A DNA stretch of 64,000 nt from Chryseobacterium sp. 39-10 (GTDB lineage Bacteria > Bacteroidota > Bacteroidia > Flavobacteriales > Weeksellaceae), in the NCBI GenBank assembly GCA_001898255.1, contig MKTK01000010.1, positions 95,896 to 159,895 on the forward strand, read 5' to 3'. Numbering within the stretch: position 1 is the stretch's first letter; each line of letters opens with the position of its first letter. The position numbers and the translations under genes are program-made. Below the pieces are notes generated by a model. That model was not told the DNA's origin. It saw only the letters and a program-made list of their open reading frames with translations, and made no database searches. Of this stretch, positions 1 to 8,867 are shown in pieces.

Positions 1-2
1 TA

Positions 3-137
3 AGTTTTGCCATTACCGGCAATGTCTCACCACTTTTTGCGGCTATTCTTATGCCCATAAGCTCCATCAGTGTAGTGGCCTTTACTTCTATGGCAACATG
101 GCTTCGAAGTGCTAAATATTTCAAAATCAATAAATAG
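3..137 (+). CDS. 3' end of heavy-metal P1B-type ATPase (CcoI/FixI-like), truncated by the window edge
   Basis: Manual translation from position 3: SFAITGNVSPLFAAILMPISSISVVAFTSMATWLRSAKYFKINK*. Contains the P1B last-helix motif AAILMPxSS and lies directly upstream of ccoS. Not in the ORF track. Confidence 0.85.
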   Translation, partial: SFAITGNVSPLFAAILMPISSISVVAFTSMATWLRSAKYFKINK

Positions 138-234
138 CAAAATTTCGCTATTTAGAAATGTTTTAAATTAACATTATTTAACAATTAAAATTCAAAATCA
201 TTATTTTTGAGTAAATTTGGTGCAGGTTTATTTT

Positions 235-242
235 TAAATTTG
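235..242 (+). promoter_or_regulatory. Bacteroidota -7 promoter element upstream of ccoS
   Basis: TAAATTTG matches TAnnTTTG 8 nt before the ATG; a second copy lies at 212-219. Confidence 0.6.
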
Positions 243-250
243 CACGAAGC

Positions 251-457
251 ATGGATATACTGTATTTAATGATCTTTTGCAGCGTTACATTGGCTGTTAT
301 TTTCTTGGTCATATTTATAGTAAATGCTAAAAATGGGCAGTTTGAAGATGATGAATCGCCTGCTGTAAGGATGTTATTAGATTCTGAAATCATTAAGGAA
401 GAAGATACGGACCAGGAAGAAAATAGTAAAAAAAATAGAGAAGAAAAAAGTGATTAG
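251..457 (+). CDS. ccoS: cbb3 oxidase assembly protein CcoS
   Basis: One TM helix followed by GQFEDDESPAVRML, preceding ccoN. Confidence 0.93.
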   Translation: MDILYLMIFCSVTLAVIFLVIFIVNAKNGQFEDDESPAVRMLLDSEIIKEEDTDQEENSKKNREEKSD

Positions 458-462
458 TTAAT

Positions 463-2742
463 ATGGAAACACAAAAGTTTAGTTATGACAACAGCATTGT
501 GCGCGCATTCCTTTATGCAACTGTAGTATTTGGCTTGGTTGGATTTTTATTAGGGCTTACTGCAGCATTGATGCTTTTCTATCCCGAACTTCCTGAATAT
601 TTCCTCGGAACAGATGATGTTACCATCAAGAGTTTACAGAGTGGGAATCTGCAGGGGTTGATCAACTCGCATGGCGCATTTGGCTTCGGCCGTATCAGAA
701 TGCTGCATACCAGTGCGGTTATTTTTGCATTTGTTTGTAACGGTTTCTTTGCCGGTGCATATTATTCATTGCAACGCCTGCTAAAAACAAGAATGTGGAG
801 TGACACGCTTTCTTGGATCCACTTCTGGGGATGGCAATTGATGATCGTTGCAGTAGTAATCACCTTTTTGATGGGTATTAATACTTCAAAAGAATACGCA
901 GAACACGAGTGGCCAATCGATATTTTGATTACGGTGATCTGGGTGGTCTTTGGCGTCAATATGATGATGACGATCCTGAACCGAAGAGTACGCCACTTGT
1001 ACGTTGCCATTTGGTTCTATCTAGGAACTTGGGTAGCTATTGCCATGCTTCATATCTTCAATAACCTTGAAGTTCCTCTATCCTTTACCGGCTGGAAATC
1101 CTATTCCGCTTATGCTGGGGTAAAAGATGCTTTGGTACAGTGGTGGTATGGCCACAATGCAGTAGCTTTTGTACTCACCACGCCTATTCTGGGATTGATG
1201 TATTATTTCTTACCGAAAGCTGCAGATCGACCAGTATTCTCCTATAAGCTTTCTATTATTCACTTTTGGTCCCTTATTTTCGTATATATCTGGGCAGGTC
1301 CACACCATTTGCAGTACACTGCTATTCCAGGTTGGGCTCAGGCGCTGGGAACCGGTTTCTCCATCATGCTGATTGCACCATCTTGGGGTGGAATGCTGAA
1401 CGGACTTCTTACGCTGAGAGGTGCGTGGGATAAAGTGAGAGAAAATCCTGTATTGAAATTCTTTGTTGTTGCTGTTACCTGCTACGGTATGGCGACGTTT
1501 GAAGGGCCAGTGTTGGCTACCAAAACATTAAATAAAATTGGACACTTTACCGATTGGGTAATCGGGCACGTACATATTGGTGCATTGGGTTGGAACGGAT
1601 TTATCACATTTGGTATGATTTACTATCTACTTCCTATCATGTGGCGAACCAAACTTTGGTCCACAAAATTGGCTAACTGGCATTTCTGGTTGGGAACACT
1701 GGGTATTATCTTCTACGCAGTTCCTCTATACATCGCCGGCTTTACCCAAGGTTTGATGTGGAAACAATTTAACCCAGATGGTACCTTAGTTTATAAAAAC
1801 TGGTTAGATACAGTAACCGCCATTATACCTTATTACCAAATGAGATTTGTAGGTGGGTTACTTTATATATCGGGCGCAATTCTGATGTGTATTAACGTTG
1901 TAGCAACCGTAAGAAGCGGATCTTTCCAAAAAGAAGTTCCTGCGGAAGCGCCTGCACTTGCTAACATTTCACCACAGAGAAAAGCAGGAGAAGGATGGCA
2001 TTTATGGTTGGAAAGAACCCCTATCCTTCTTACAGTACTTTCCTTTGTAGCGGTAGCAATCGGTGGTTTCATTGAGATTGTACCCACTTTAACTATCAAG
2101 GATAATGTACCTACCATTGCAGCAGTGAAACCCTACTCACCATTAGAACTGGAAGGGCGTGATTTGTATATCAGAGAAGGATGTAATGCTTGCCATACGC
2201 AAGTTTTAAGACCATTCCGTGACGAGGTAGTACGTTTCAATGGTAAAAATGGACAGTACTCTAAGGCAGGAGAATTTGTTTATGACCGACCTTTCCTTTG
2301 GGGCTCCAAAAGAACCGGTCCGGATTTGCACCGTGAAGGGGGTAAAAACCCGAGTTCATGGCACTACAAACACATGCTGAACCCAAGAGTAACTTCCGCA
2401 GGATCCATCATGCCCCGTTATCCTTGGTTGATTGCCAACGATCTCGACAGAAGCAAAATGGTGGCTAAAATTGAATTAATGAAAAACGTTTTTGATGTTC
2501 CTTACACCAAAGCCGAAATTGATTCTGCCAACCAGTGGGCTGATAATCAGGCCGCGCACATCGTGAAGCAAATCTACTCCGAAGCTGCCGACGTGAAGCA
2601 AGCGTATGCTGAAAGAAAAGCAGCACAAGGTGCATCATTTACACCATTAGAGAAAAAAGAAATCATTGCTCTAATTGCTTACCTACAGCGACTAGGAACA
2701 GATATTAAAACCACTGAAATTAAAACGGCCAGTACCAACTAA
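463..2742 (+). CDS. ccoN: cbb3 cytochrome c oxidase subunits I/II fusion (CcoNO)
   Basis: Heme-copper oxidase motifs WWYGHN, GPHH and GHVH; C-terminal CcoO with CNACH and SKRTGPDL. Confidence 0.98.
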   Translation: METQKFSYDNSIVRAFLYATVVFGLVGFLLGLTAALMLFYPELPEYFLGTDDVTIKSLQSGNLQGLINSHGAFGFGRIRMLHTSAVIFAFVCNGFFAGAYYSLQRLLKTRMWSDTLSWIHFWGWQLMIVAVVITFLMGINTSKEYAEHEWPIDILITVIWVVFGVNMMMTILNRRVRHLYVAIWFYLGTWVAIAMLHIFNNLEVPLSFTGWKSYSAYAGVKDALVQWWYGHNAVAFVLTTPILGLMYYFLPKAADRPVFSYKLSIIHFWSLIFVYIWAGPHHLQYTAIPGWAQALGTGFSIMLIAPSWGGMLNGLLTLRGAWDKVRENPVLKFFVVAVTCYGMATFEGPVLATKTLNKIGHFTDWVIGHVHIGALGWNGFITFGMIYYLLPIMWRTKLWSTKLANWHFWLGTLGIIFYAVPLYIAGFTQGLMWKQFNPDGTLVYKNWLDTVTAIIPYYQMRFVGGLLYISGAILMCINVVATVRSGSFQKEVPAEAPALANISPQRKAGEGWHLWLERTPILLTVLSFVAVAIGGFIEIVPTLTIKDNVPTIAAVKPYSPLELEGRDLYIREGCNACHTQVLRPFRDEVVRFNGKNGQYSKAGEFVYDRPFLWGSKRTGPDLHREGGKNPSSWHYKHMLNPRVTSAGSIMPRYPWLIANDLDRSKMVAKIELMKNVFDVPYTKAEIDSANQWADNQAAHIVKQIYSEAADVKQAYAERKAAQGASFTPLEKKEIIALIAYLQRLGTDIKTTEIKTASTN

Positions 2743-2767
2743 ATTCATCATCTAAAGCAATATTCGA

Positions 2768-2965
2768 ATGATACCACAAAGCGTAAAAGATATTTTGGCC
2801 AATGGCGACAATGTCGGGTTATACCAAACCGTTGCGCTGATATTATTCCTCATCTTTTTTCTGGGAATCGTGTATTGGGTGATTTCCCGGCCCAAAAAAT
2901 ACTATGATGAGGAAGCGAATGCCCCTTTAGACGATGACATTAAAGATAAAGACGAGCATCTTTAA
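2768..2965 (+). CDS. ccoQ: cbb3 oxidase subunit CcoQ
   Basis: 65 aa, one TM helix, ANAPLDD tail, between ccoNO and ccoP. Confidence 0.88.
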   Translation: MIPQSVKDILANGDNVGLYQTVALILFLIFFLGIVYWVISRPKKYYDEEANAPLDDDIKDKDEHL

Positions 2966-2984
2966 TTATAAAAATTAAACTTTT

Positions 2985-3863
2985 ATGAAACCAAGAACAC
3001 CCATTTACATTACCATAGCAATCATCTTCGTGATTCTGTTCATCGTGTATTATATGTTTGTACAGAACGCAACATTTCTGTCTTCTCCTTATTTCTGGGG
3101 AACGGTTGTAATCAGCGTTATCCTTGCATTAATCCACAGCGCAATTGGTGATTTGATTGAGAATGATAAATTTAAAAAACTTTCCGCAGCCGAAAAAGAA
3201 GAATACCTTAACAGTAAAAAAGTTCCGTACTTTAAATCGCTGTACGAAAGTGCATTTAAAAAGCAATCCAGCACAGAAGAAAAAGATATTCTTATCGACC
3301 ATGGATTCGACGGAATTATGGAATTAGACAACCAACTTCCAAAATGGTGGCTAGGTCTATTCTGGTTTGGCGTTTGTTATTGTGTCGTTTACCTTATGTC
3401 TTATGGCTTGACCGACTTTGCCCACCAAGGAAAAGAATATGATGAAGAATACAAAGCGCAAACAGCAAGCATCGCTGAATACATGAAAAACACACCTCCT
3501 CCAACCATTGACAATGCAGTGTATTCTGCAGATAATATTGCAGCTGGTGAAGAAGTGTTTAAAACCAACTGCGTATCTTGTCATGGCGATGGTGGTAAAG
3601 GAGGAATTGGGCCAAACCTTACTGATAATTATTGGATCAACCAACCAGAAAAAACCCTATTCAAAAATGTATTCCACATGGTTGAAGATGGATCACCCAA
3701 TAACCCGACCATGCAAGCTTGGGGCAAAAACGGAGTGTTGACCGGATTCGACATTCAGAATGTGGCAGCTTATGTTTACCACATCAACCAAGAACAGTCT
3801 CCCATAACCACAGCACAAGGTGGTGCAGCTCCACAAGGAACTGAGGCACACTGGGAAAAATAA
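2985..3863 (+). CDS. ccoP: cbb3 oxidase subunit III CcoP
   Basis: HGFDGIMELDNQLPKWW motif and a single CVSCH heme site. Confidence 0.95.
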   Translation: MKPRTPIYITIAIIFVILFIVYYMFVQNATFLSSPYFWGTVVISVILALIHSAIGDLIENDKFKKLSAAEKEEYLNSKKVPYFKSLYESAFKKQSSTEEKDILIDHGFDGIMELDNQLPKWWLGLFWFGVCYCVVYLMSYGLTDFAHQGKEYDEEYKAQTASIAEYMKNTPPPTIDNAVYSADNIAAGEEVFKTNCVSCHGDGGKGGIGPNLTDNYWINQPEKTLFKNVFHMVEDGSPNNPTMQAWGKNGVLTGFDIQNVAAYVYHINQEQSPITTAQGGAAPQGTEAHWEK

Positions 3864-3883
3864 AAGAAATATAACATCTTACT

Positions 3884-3939
3884 GAAAACATAATCCGGTA
3901 TCTTTTATTACATAAGATAAGGATTATGTTTTCTTTTTT
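3884..3939 (+). terminator. Intra-operon hairpin with U-tract between ccoP and ccoG
   Basis: 13-bp perfect stem GAAAACATAATCC/GGATTATGTTTTC, inner 6-bp stem, followed by T-run. Confidence 0.6.
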
Positions 3940-3952
3940 AATGGTAAAAGAA

Positions 3953-5416
3953 ATGGCAGAAGAAAGACATATCTCCACCGCAGAACTAAAAGGTGGACAA
4001 GGACAAGTAATTGAAGCCGAAACATTCCGGGATTCGGTGGGAACCATGGAGCAAACAGGACAACGAAAATGGGTGTTCCCGAGAAAACCGAGCGGAAAGT
4101 TCACCAATTACCGAACTATTGTTGCCATCGTACTACTCGCAGTATTTTTTATATTGCCTTTCATAAAAATCAATGGAAATCCGTTTTTGCTTATCAACAT
4201 ATTGGATCGGCAATTCTTTATTCTTGGTCAACCTTTTTACCCCCAAGATTTTTTTATTCTTGCATTGGGAGCCATCACTTCAATTGTTTTTATCATCCTG
4301 TTCACAGTAGTTTTTGGTCGAATTTTTTGTGGATGGATATGCCCTCAAACGATTTTTCTGGAAATGATTTTTAGAAAAATAGAATATGCCATTGAAGGAG
4401 ACCGAAATAAACAAATGAAACTTGACCGACAAGAGTGGAACACCGAGAAAATTTGGAAACGATCTCTAAAATGGGGAATTTACATTATGATTTCGCTCGT
4501 TATCACACACTGGATGTTTATGTACATCGTTGGCTACCAGGAAGTTTTTAACATGATGAAAGAAGGCCCTTTCGCCCATTTTACCAATTTCCTCGTGATG
4601 ATTATTTTTACCGCAGCGTTCTACTTTACATTTGCATGGTTCAGAGAGCAGGTTTGTACACTCGTTTGTCCTTACGGACGGCTTCAGGGCGTATTGATAG
4701 ACAAGCAGACCATCAATGTGTATTACGATTTTAAACGGGGAGAAAATAGAGCTAAATGGAGAAAAGGAGAAGATCGTAAAGCTGCAGGCAAAGGCGATTG
4801 CATCGACTGTAACCAATGCGTGGTAGTGTGCCCTACCGGTATCGATATTCGTGATGGTCAGCAACTTGAATGCGTCAACTGTACTGCCTGTATTGATGCG
4901 TGCGATGAAGTTATGGTGAAAGTGGGATTGCCAAAAGGATTAATTCGCTATGCAACAGAGGACGAAATTGAAAAAGAAATTCCTTTCAAATTCACGAACA
5001 GAATGAAGGCCTACTCTGTGGTACTGCTGCTTCTCGTCGGATTCCTTGGGTTCTTGCTTAGCAACCGCGGATCCATGGAAGCCAAATTCATAAAACCTGC
5101 AGGAACAACATTTTTTGTGCGCGATGGAAAAATCACCAACAACTATAACTATACTTTCCTTAACAAATCCAACAAAGATTTTACCGTCACCATTAAAGTA
5201 ATTGAGCCGCAACACGGAACGGTAACAATGGGCGAAGGTGAAAACATATTGCTCAAAAAAGACCAGATTATTAAGGGAAATGTAAACATTAGTTTTCCGG
5301 AAAAGGAAATTAAAATGTCTAAACAGAATGTAAAAATAGGAGTGTACGACCAAAAAGGAAAACTGTTGGATTCTTTCGACTCTTACTTTGAAGGGCCATT
5401 CAAAATTCAATTCTAA
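3953..5416 (+). CDS. ccoG: Cytochrome c oxidase accessory protein CcoG
   Basis: FCGWICPQT, CTLVCPYG, CIDCNQCVVVCP and CVNCTACIDAC motifs. Start placed at MAEER (ORF track starts 3926). Confidence 0.95.
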   Translation: MAEERHISTAELKGGQGQVIEAETFRDSVGTMEQTGQRKWVFPRKPSGKFTNYRTIVAIVLLAVFFILPFIKINGNPFLLINILDRQFFILGQPFYPQDFFILALGAITSIVFIILFTVVFGRIFCGWICPQTIFLEMIFRKIEYAIEGDRNKQMKLDRQEWNTEKIWKRSLKWGIYIMISLVITHWMFMYIVGYQEVFNMMKEGPFAHFTNFLVMIIFTAAFYFTFAWFREQVCTLVCPYGRLQGVLIDKQTINVYYDFKRGENRAKWRKGEDRKAAGKGDCIDCNQCVVVCPTGIDIRDGQQLECVNCTACIDACDEVMVKVGLPKGLIRYATEDEIEKEIPFKFTNRMKAYSVVLLLLVGFLGFLLSNRGSMEAKFIKPAGTTFFVRDGKITNNYNYTFLNKSNKDFTVTIKVIEPQHGTVTMGEGENILLKKDQIIKGNVNISFPEKEIKMSKQNVKIGVYDQKGKLLDSFDSYFEGPFKIQF

Positions 5417-5422
5417 AAAATT

Positions 5423-5878
5423 ATGCTGAAGAAAATTCACTGGGGACATGGTGTTGCCATAGCACTTGGATCGTTTATCGCATTTATTCTGTTCATGATT
5501 TTCATCTTCCCGAACGGAAAGCAAAATTCTGAACTTGTTTCTCAAAATTATTACGAGGACGAGCTCGCTTATCAAAAGGTAATCGATGCCAAAAAAAATG
5601 CAGATCAACTTTCCGAAAAACCACAGTACCAGCAAAACAAAGAAGGAATTAGGATAACCTTTCCTTCCAACGCAAGTATTGACCAAAATTTGGTTAGTTT
5701 TGAATTATACCGGACAGACGATGCCAATCTCGATGTAAAAAAAGAAATTAGTGTTGACGCACAAAATGCGCTCCTGATTCCTGCAAAAGTGCTTACAAAC
5801 GGTTCTTACACTTTAAAGCTCAAATGGAAATCCAATAAAAAACCCTACCAACTCGACTACGATATTTTATGGAAATAG
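5423..5878 (+). CDS. FixH/CcoH family protein
   Basis: N-terminal HWG plus TM helix, YYEDELAYQ motif, follows ccoG. Confidence 0.85.
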   Translation: MLKKIHWGHGVAIALGSFIAFILFMIFIFPNGKQNSELVSQNYYEDELAYQKVIDAKKNADQLSEKPQYQQNKEGIRITFPSNASIDQNLVSFELYRTDDANLDVKKEISVDAQNALLIPAKVLTNGSYTLKLKWKSNKKPYQLDYDILWK

Positions 5879-6612
5879 CACTCATCATCTCGGCGATTGG
5901 CTTGGGCTTTGCCTCTGGCTTTCATTGCATAGGAATGTGCGGACCCATTGCCCTGTCGATGGGTTTAACCAAGAAACAATCAACCAATTATTACCTCCAG
6001 AATTTAACCTACCAGTTTGGGCGAATTTTTACCTATTCGTTACTGGGAGCAACATTGGGAATTGTGGGAAAAGGGTTTGAACTTGCCGGTTTTCAGCAAT
6101 ATCTTACCATTGCGGTAGGAATTCTTCTTGTCTTGATGGCGTTTTTTTCATTTGGCGGAAAAGACTTTGCTTCAAAAATCCCCTTTCTTTCCACATTCTT
6201 GTTCAGGGTTAAGATGAATTTAGGCAAATTACTTCAAAAGGCAGATTATCGCTCACGTTTTACTACAGGCATCCTCAACGGGTTCTTACCTTGTGGAATG
6301 GTTTATATGGCGCTTACCGCCAGTTTAGCATCAGGAGGGATTTGGCAGGGCGCATTGTTTATGGCACTTTTCGGACTTGGCACTGTACCGTTCATGTTTT
6401 CGGTGGTTCTTCTCGGTAACCTGATGACCAATGCTTTTAGAATAAAAATTCTGAAATTTGTTCCAGTGATGATGATAATTCTCGGTGGACTTTTCATACT
6501 CCGCGGCATGGAAATAGGGATTCCTTACATCTCGCCAAAAAAAGAAGCACTGAAAATCATCCACAACGATTCCAAAGAGCATCAGCAGGGAAACCATGCG
6601 ACTTGCCATTAA
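5869..6612 (+). CDS. TauE/SafE-like (DsbD_2) cbb3-associated membrane protein
   Basis: FHCIGMCGP and LPCGMVY motifs, multiple TM helices, end of the cco operon. Confidence 0.85.
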   Translation: MEIALIISAIGLGFASGFHCIGMCGPIALSMGLTKKQSTNYYLQNLTYQFGRIFTYSLLGATLGIVGKGFELAGFQQYLTIAVGILLVLMAFFSFGGKDFASKIPFLSTFLFRVKMNLGKLLQKADYRSRFTTGILNGFLPCGMVYMALTASLASGGIWQGALFMALFGLGTVPFMFSVVLLGNLMTNAFRIKILKFVPVMMIILGGLFILRGMEIGIPYISPKKEALKIIHNDSKEHQQGNHATCH

Positions 6613-6735
6613 AGATTACAAAGAAAAGGTAACACTTCAGCACACCATGTCCTTTGATGCTGATGTGAGCAGCTAAAACATAGCACATTTTCAAAAAAAA
6701 ACACGAAACCAGCGTGGGATTCCCGAATTTATCTT

Positions 6736-6743
6736 TATTTTTG
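6736..6743 (+). promoter_or_regulatory. -7 promoter element of the Hc1-like gene
   Basis: TATTTTTG 26 nt upstream of ATG 6770. Confidence 0.55.
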
Positions 6744-6769
6744 CCCGCGAACAAATAATTGTATTACCC

Positions 6770-6946
6770 ATGAAAGAACTAATTGAAAAAATCAGTGCTG
6801 AGTTTGAAACCTTCAAAACTGATGCAGACACTCAGGCAGAAAAAGGAAATAAAGCTGCAGGAACAAGAGCAAGAAAATCTACTTTAGCACTGGAAAAACT
6901 TTTGAAAGAGTTCAGAAAAACTTCACTAGAAGATTCTAAAAAGTAA
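6770..6946 (+). CDS. Histone H1-like protein Hc1 family (58 aa)
   Basis: Manual translation MKELIEKISAEFETFKTDADTQAEKGNKAAGTRARKSTLALEKLLKEFRKTSLEDSKK*; contains the GNKAAGTRARK motif; has its own promoter and terminator. Below the ORF-track size cutoff. Confidence 0.9.
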   Translation: MKELIEKISAEFETFKTDADTQAEKGNKAAGTRARKSTLALEKLLKEFRKTSLEDSKK

Positions 6947-6950
6947 AAAT

Positions 6951-6983
6951 AAACCCTCCTGAAAATATTCTGGAGGGTTTTTT
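6951..6983. terminator. Bidirectional terminator between the Hc1-like gene and serS
   Basis: AAACCCTCC...GGAGGGTTT stem with flanking A/T runs. Confidence 0.85.
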
Positions 6984-7002
6984 ATGCGGTATAAGTTGAT
7001 TG

Positions 7003-8271
7003 TTAATCGATCAAATCGAATTTAGCATACGCTGCAATTTTTGCGGGAATTCTGATTCCCTTTTCAATTTGATTATTTTCCAACAACGCTGCCATAATTC
7101 TTGGTAAAGCCATTGCAGAACCGTTGAGGGTATGCACAAGTTGGGTTTTTCCCTCTCCTTTAAATCGGCACTTCAACCGGTTGGCCTGAAAAGTTTCAAA
7201 ATTGGAAACTGATGATACTTCCAACCATTTTTCCTGAGCAGCACTCCATACTTCAAAATCGTAGGTCATTGCCGATGTGAAACCCATATCGCCACCACAA
7301 AGACGAAGAATACGAAACGGCAGCTCCAAATCAACAAGAATTGATTTCACATGTTCCACCATTTCTTCTAGCGCCGGGTACGAATTTTCGGGTTTTTCTA
7401 TTCTTACAATTTCCACCTTTTCGAACTGATGCAGACGATTGAGCCCGCGAACATGCGCGCCATAACTTCCCGCTTCCCGACGATAACACTGTGAAAATGC
7501 AGTATTTTTAATAGGTAACTCTTTCTCGTCCAGCAATACATCGCGGTAAATATTGGTGACAGGAACTTCAGCCGTAGGTATGAGATAAAGGTTGTCTTCG
7601 GTCACAAAATACATCTGCCCTTCTTTATCCGGCAATTGCCCCGTTCCGTAACCAGATGCTTCGTTCACAACATGCGGGGGATTTACTTCCAAATATCCGG
7701 CATCCACATTTCTGTCAAGAAAATACTGAACCAATGCACGCTGCAACCTGGCACCTTTACCGAGATACACAGGGAAACCCGCACCGGCAATTTTAACGCC
7801 GAGTTCGAAATCAATCAGGTTATACTTTTTGGCCAACTCCCAATGCGGGATGGCGCCCTCACCTAAACCTTTCACATCGTGCGACTGGTAAACGATTTCA
7901 TTGTCTTCGGCACCAGTTCCTGCAACCACTTTATCGTAAGGAATATTGGGTATTAGATACAGAATATCCTGCAGTTTAGTCTCTGTATCCCGCAATTTTT
8001 GCTGAAGGTTTTGGGCGTTCTCTTTGAACTCTGCCGTCTTTATTTTGGCCGCTTCTGCTTCCTCCTTTCTACCTTCTTTCATGAGCGTACCGATTTCCTT
8101 GGAAATCCTGTTCATCTCTGCCAGATTCTGGTCAAGATCGAACTGGTATTTTTTTCTTTCGTCGTCTGCGGCAATGGCATCATCAACCAGGCCGAGCTGC
8201 TTGAAATTTCTTTTCTTTAAACCTTGCATCACGCGCTCGTTATTGTCGCGTAAAAAATTAACCTGTAACAT
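7003..8271 (-). CDS. serS: Serine--tRNA ligase
   Basis: LIPTAEVP, YRREAG, FQANRL and TLNGSAMA motifs. Start reassigned to MLQVNFLR. Confidence 0.98.
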   Translation of the reverse strand: MLQVNFLRDNNERVMQGLKKRNFKQLGLVDDAIAADDERKKYQFDLDQNLAEMNRISKEIGTLMKEGRKEEAEAAKIKTAEFKENAQNLQQKLRDTETKLQDILYLIPNIPYDKVVAGTGAEDNEIVYQSHDVKGLGEGAIPHWELAKKYNLIDFELGVKIAGAGFPVYLGKGARLQRALVQYFLDRNVDAGYLEVNPPHVVNEASGYGTGQLPDKEGQMYFVTEDNLYLIPTAEVPVTNIYRDVLLDEKELPIKNTAFSQCYRREAGSYGAHVRGLNRLHQFEKVEIVRIEKPENSYPALEEMVEHVKSILVDLELPFRILRLCGGDMGFTSAMTYDFEVWSAAQEKWLEVSSVSNFETFQANRLKCRFKGEGKTQLVHTLNGSAMALPRIMAALLENNQIEKGIRIPAKIAAYAKFDLID

Positions 8272-8344
8272 TGTTGTTGTGAATGATAAATGTGAATGAT
8301 GACTGCTGCAAACTTGCAACAAACCCGAATTGCAAATTTAAGGA

Positions 8345-8842
8345 TTATTTCGATATTTTTACGATGTTCGGCTGGCCTTCCGTTTTGCTAAACTGCAGTG
8401 TGCCGTTGTACCAAATTTGAGACAATTGAAATAATTCAGGCGTCCATCGGTACCGAATCGTCATGGTATCATTGGTCACCGAATTCACGGTGTCGTTTTT
8501 CTTTTTCGTCAATCTTAACGCAATTTTGGACTCGTAAATCCTGAACGCAGCCGTGGAATCAACATTTATTCTCTTCGCACCCGCGATGTACTCTATATAA
8601 TGGATGGTATCTGCATCAATTTTAGGGTTAAACGTAACAGGAGCATTGTCTTTAAGACCGTACACATCGTTCATCTTTACTTCAAAGTACGAACCCGGGA
8701 TCTTATTGTTCAGCATATCCTGCTTGGCCGAATCGATGTACAAGTTGAAAATCTGGTCAATCTGCTGCACTACATTCTCATCATTTCTGCAGGCGAGAAA
8801 CAACGCCAAGACAACCACGAAACCAAAAAACAAGTTTTTCAT
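8345..8842 (-). CDS. Hypothetical lipoprotein
   Basis: Lipobox FLAC; TATCTTTG promoter element just upstream. Confidence 0.75.
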   Translation of the reverse strand: MKNLFFGFVVVLALFLACRNDENVVQQIDQIFNLYIDSAKQDMLNNKIPGSYFEVKMNDVYGLKDNAPVTFNPKIDADTIHYIEYIAGAKRINVDSTAAFRIYESKIALRLTKKKNDTVNSVTNDTMTIRYRWTPELFQLSQIWYNGTLQFSKTEGQPNIVKISK

Positions 8843-8867
8843 TATTGCAAAGATAAGTCGTAAATTT

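Noticed and set aside
138-250. FNR box upstream of ccoS
   Set aside because: No TTGAT-N4-ATCAA seen; only -7 promoter boxes are present.
4940-5686. 248-aa antisense ORF and the many other shadow ORFs in the track
   Set aside because: They lie opposite or inside well-supported genes and have no motifs.
8270-8315. TGTGAATGAT direct repeat upstream of serS as a T-box or attenuator
   Set aside because: Only two short copies; too short and no T-box features.
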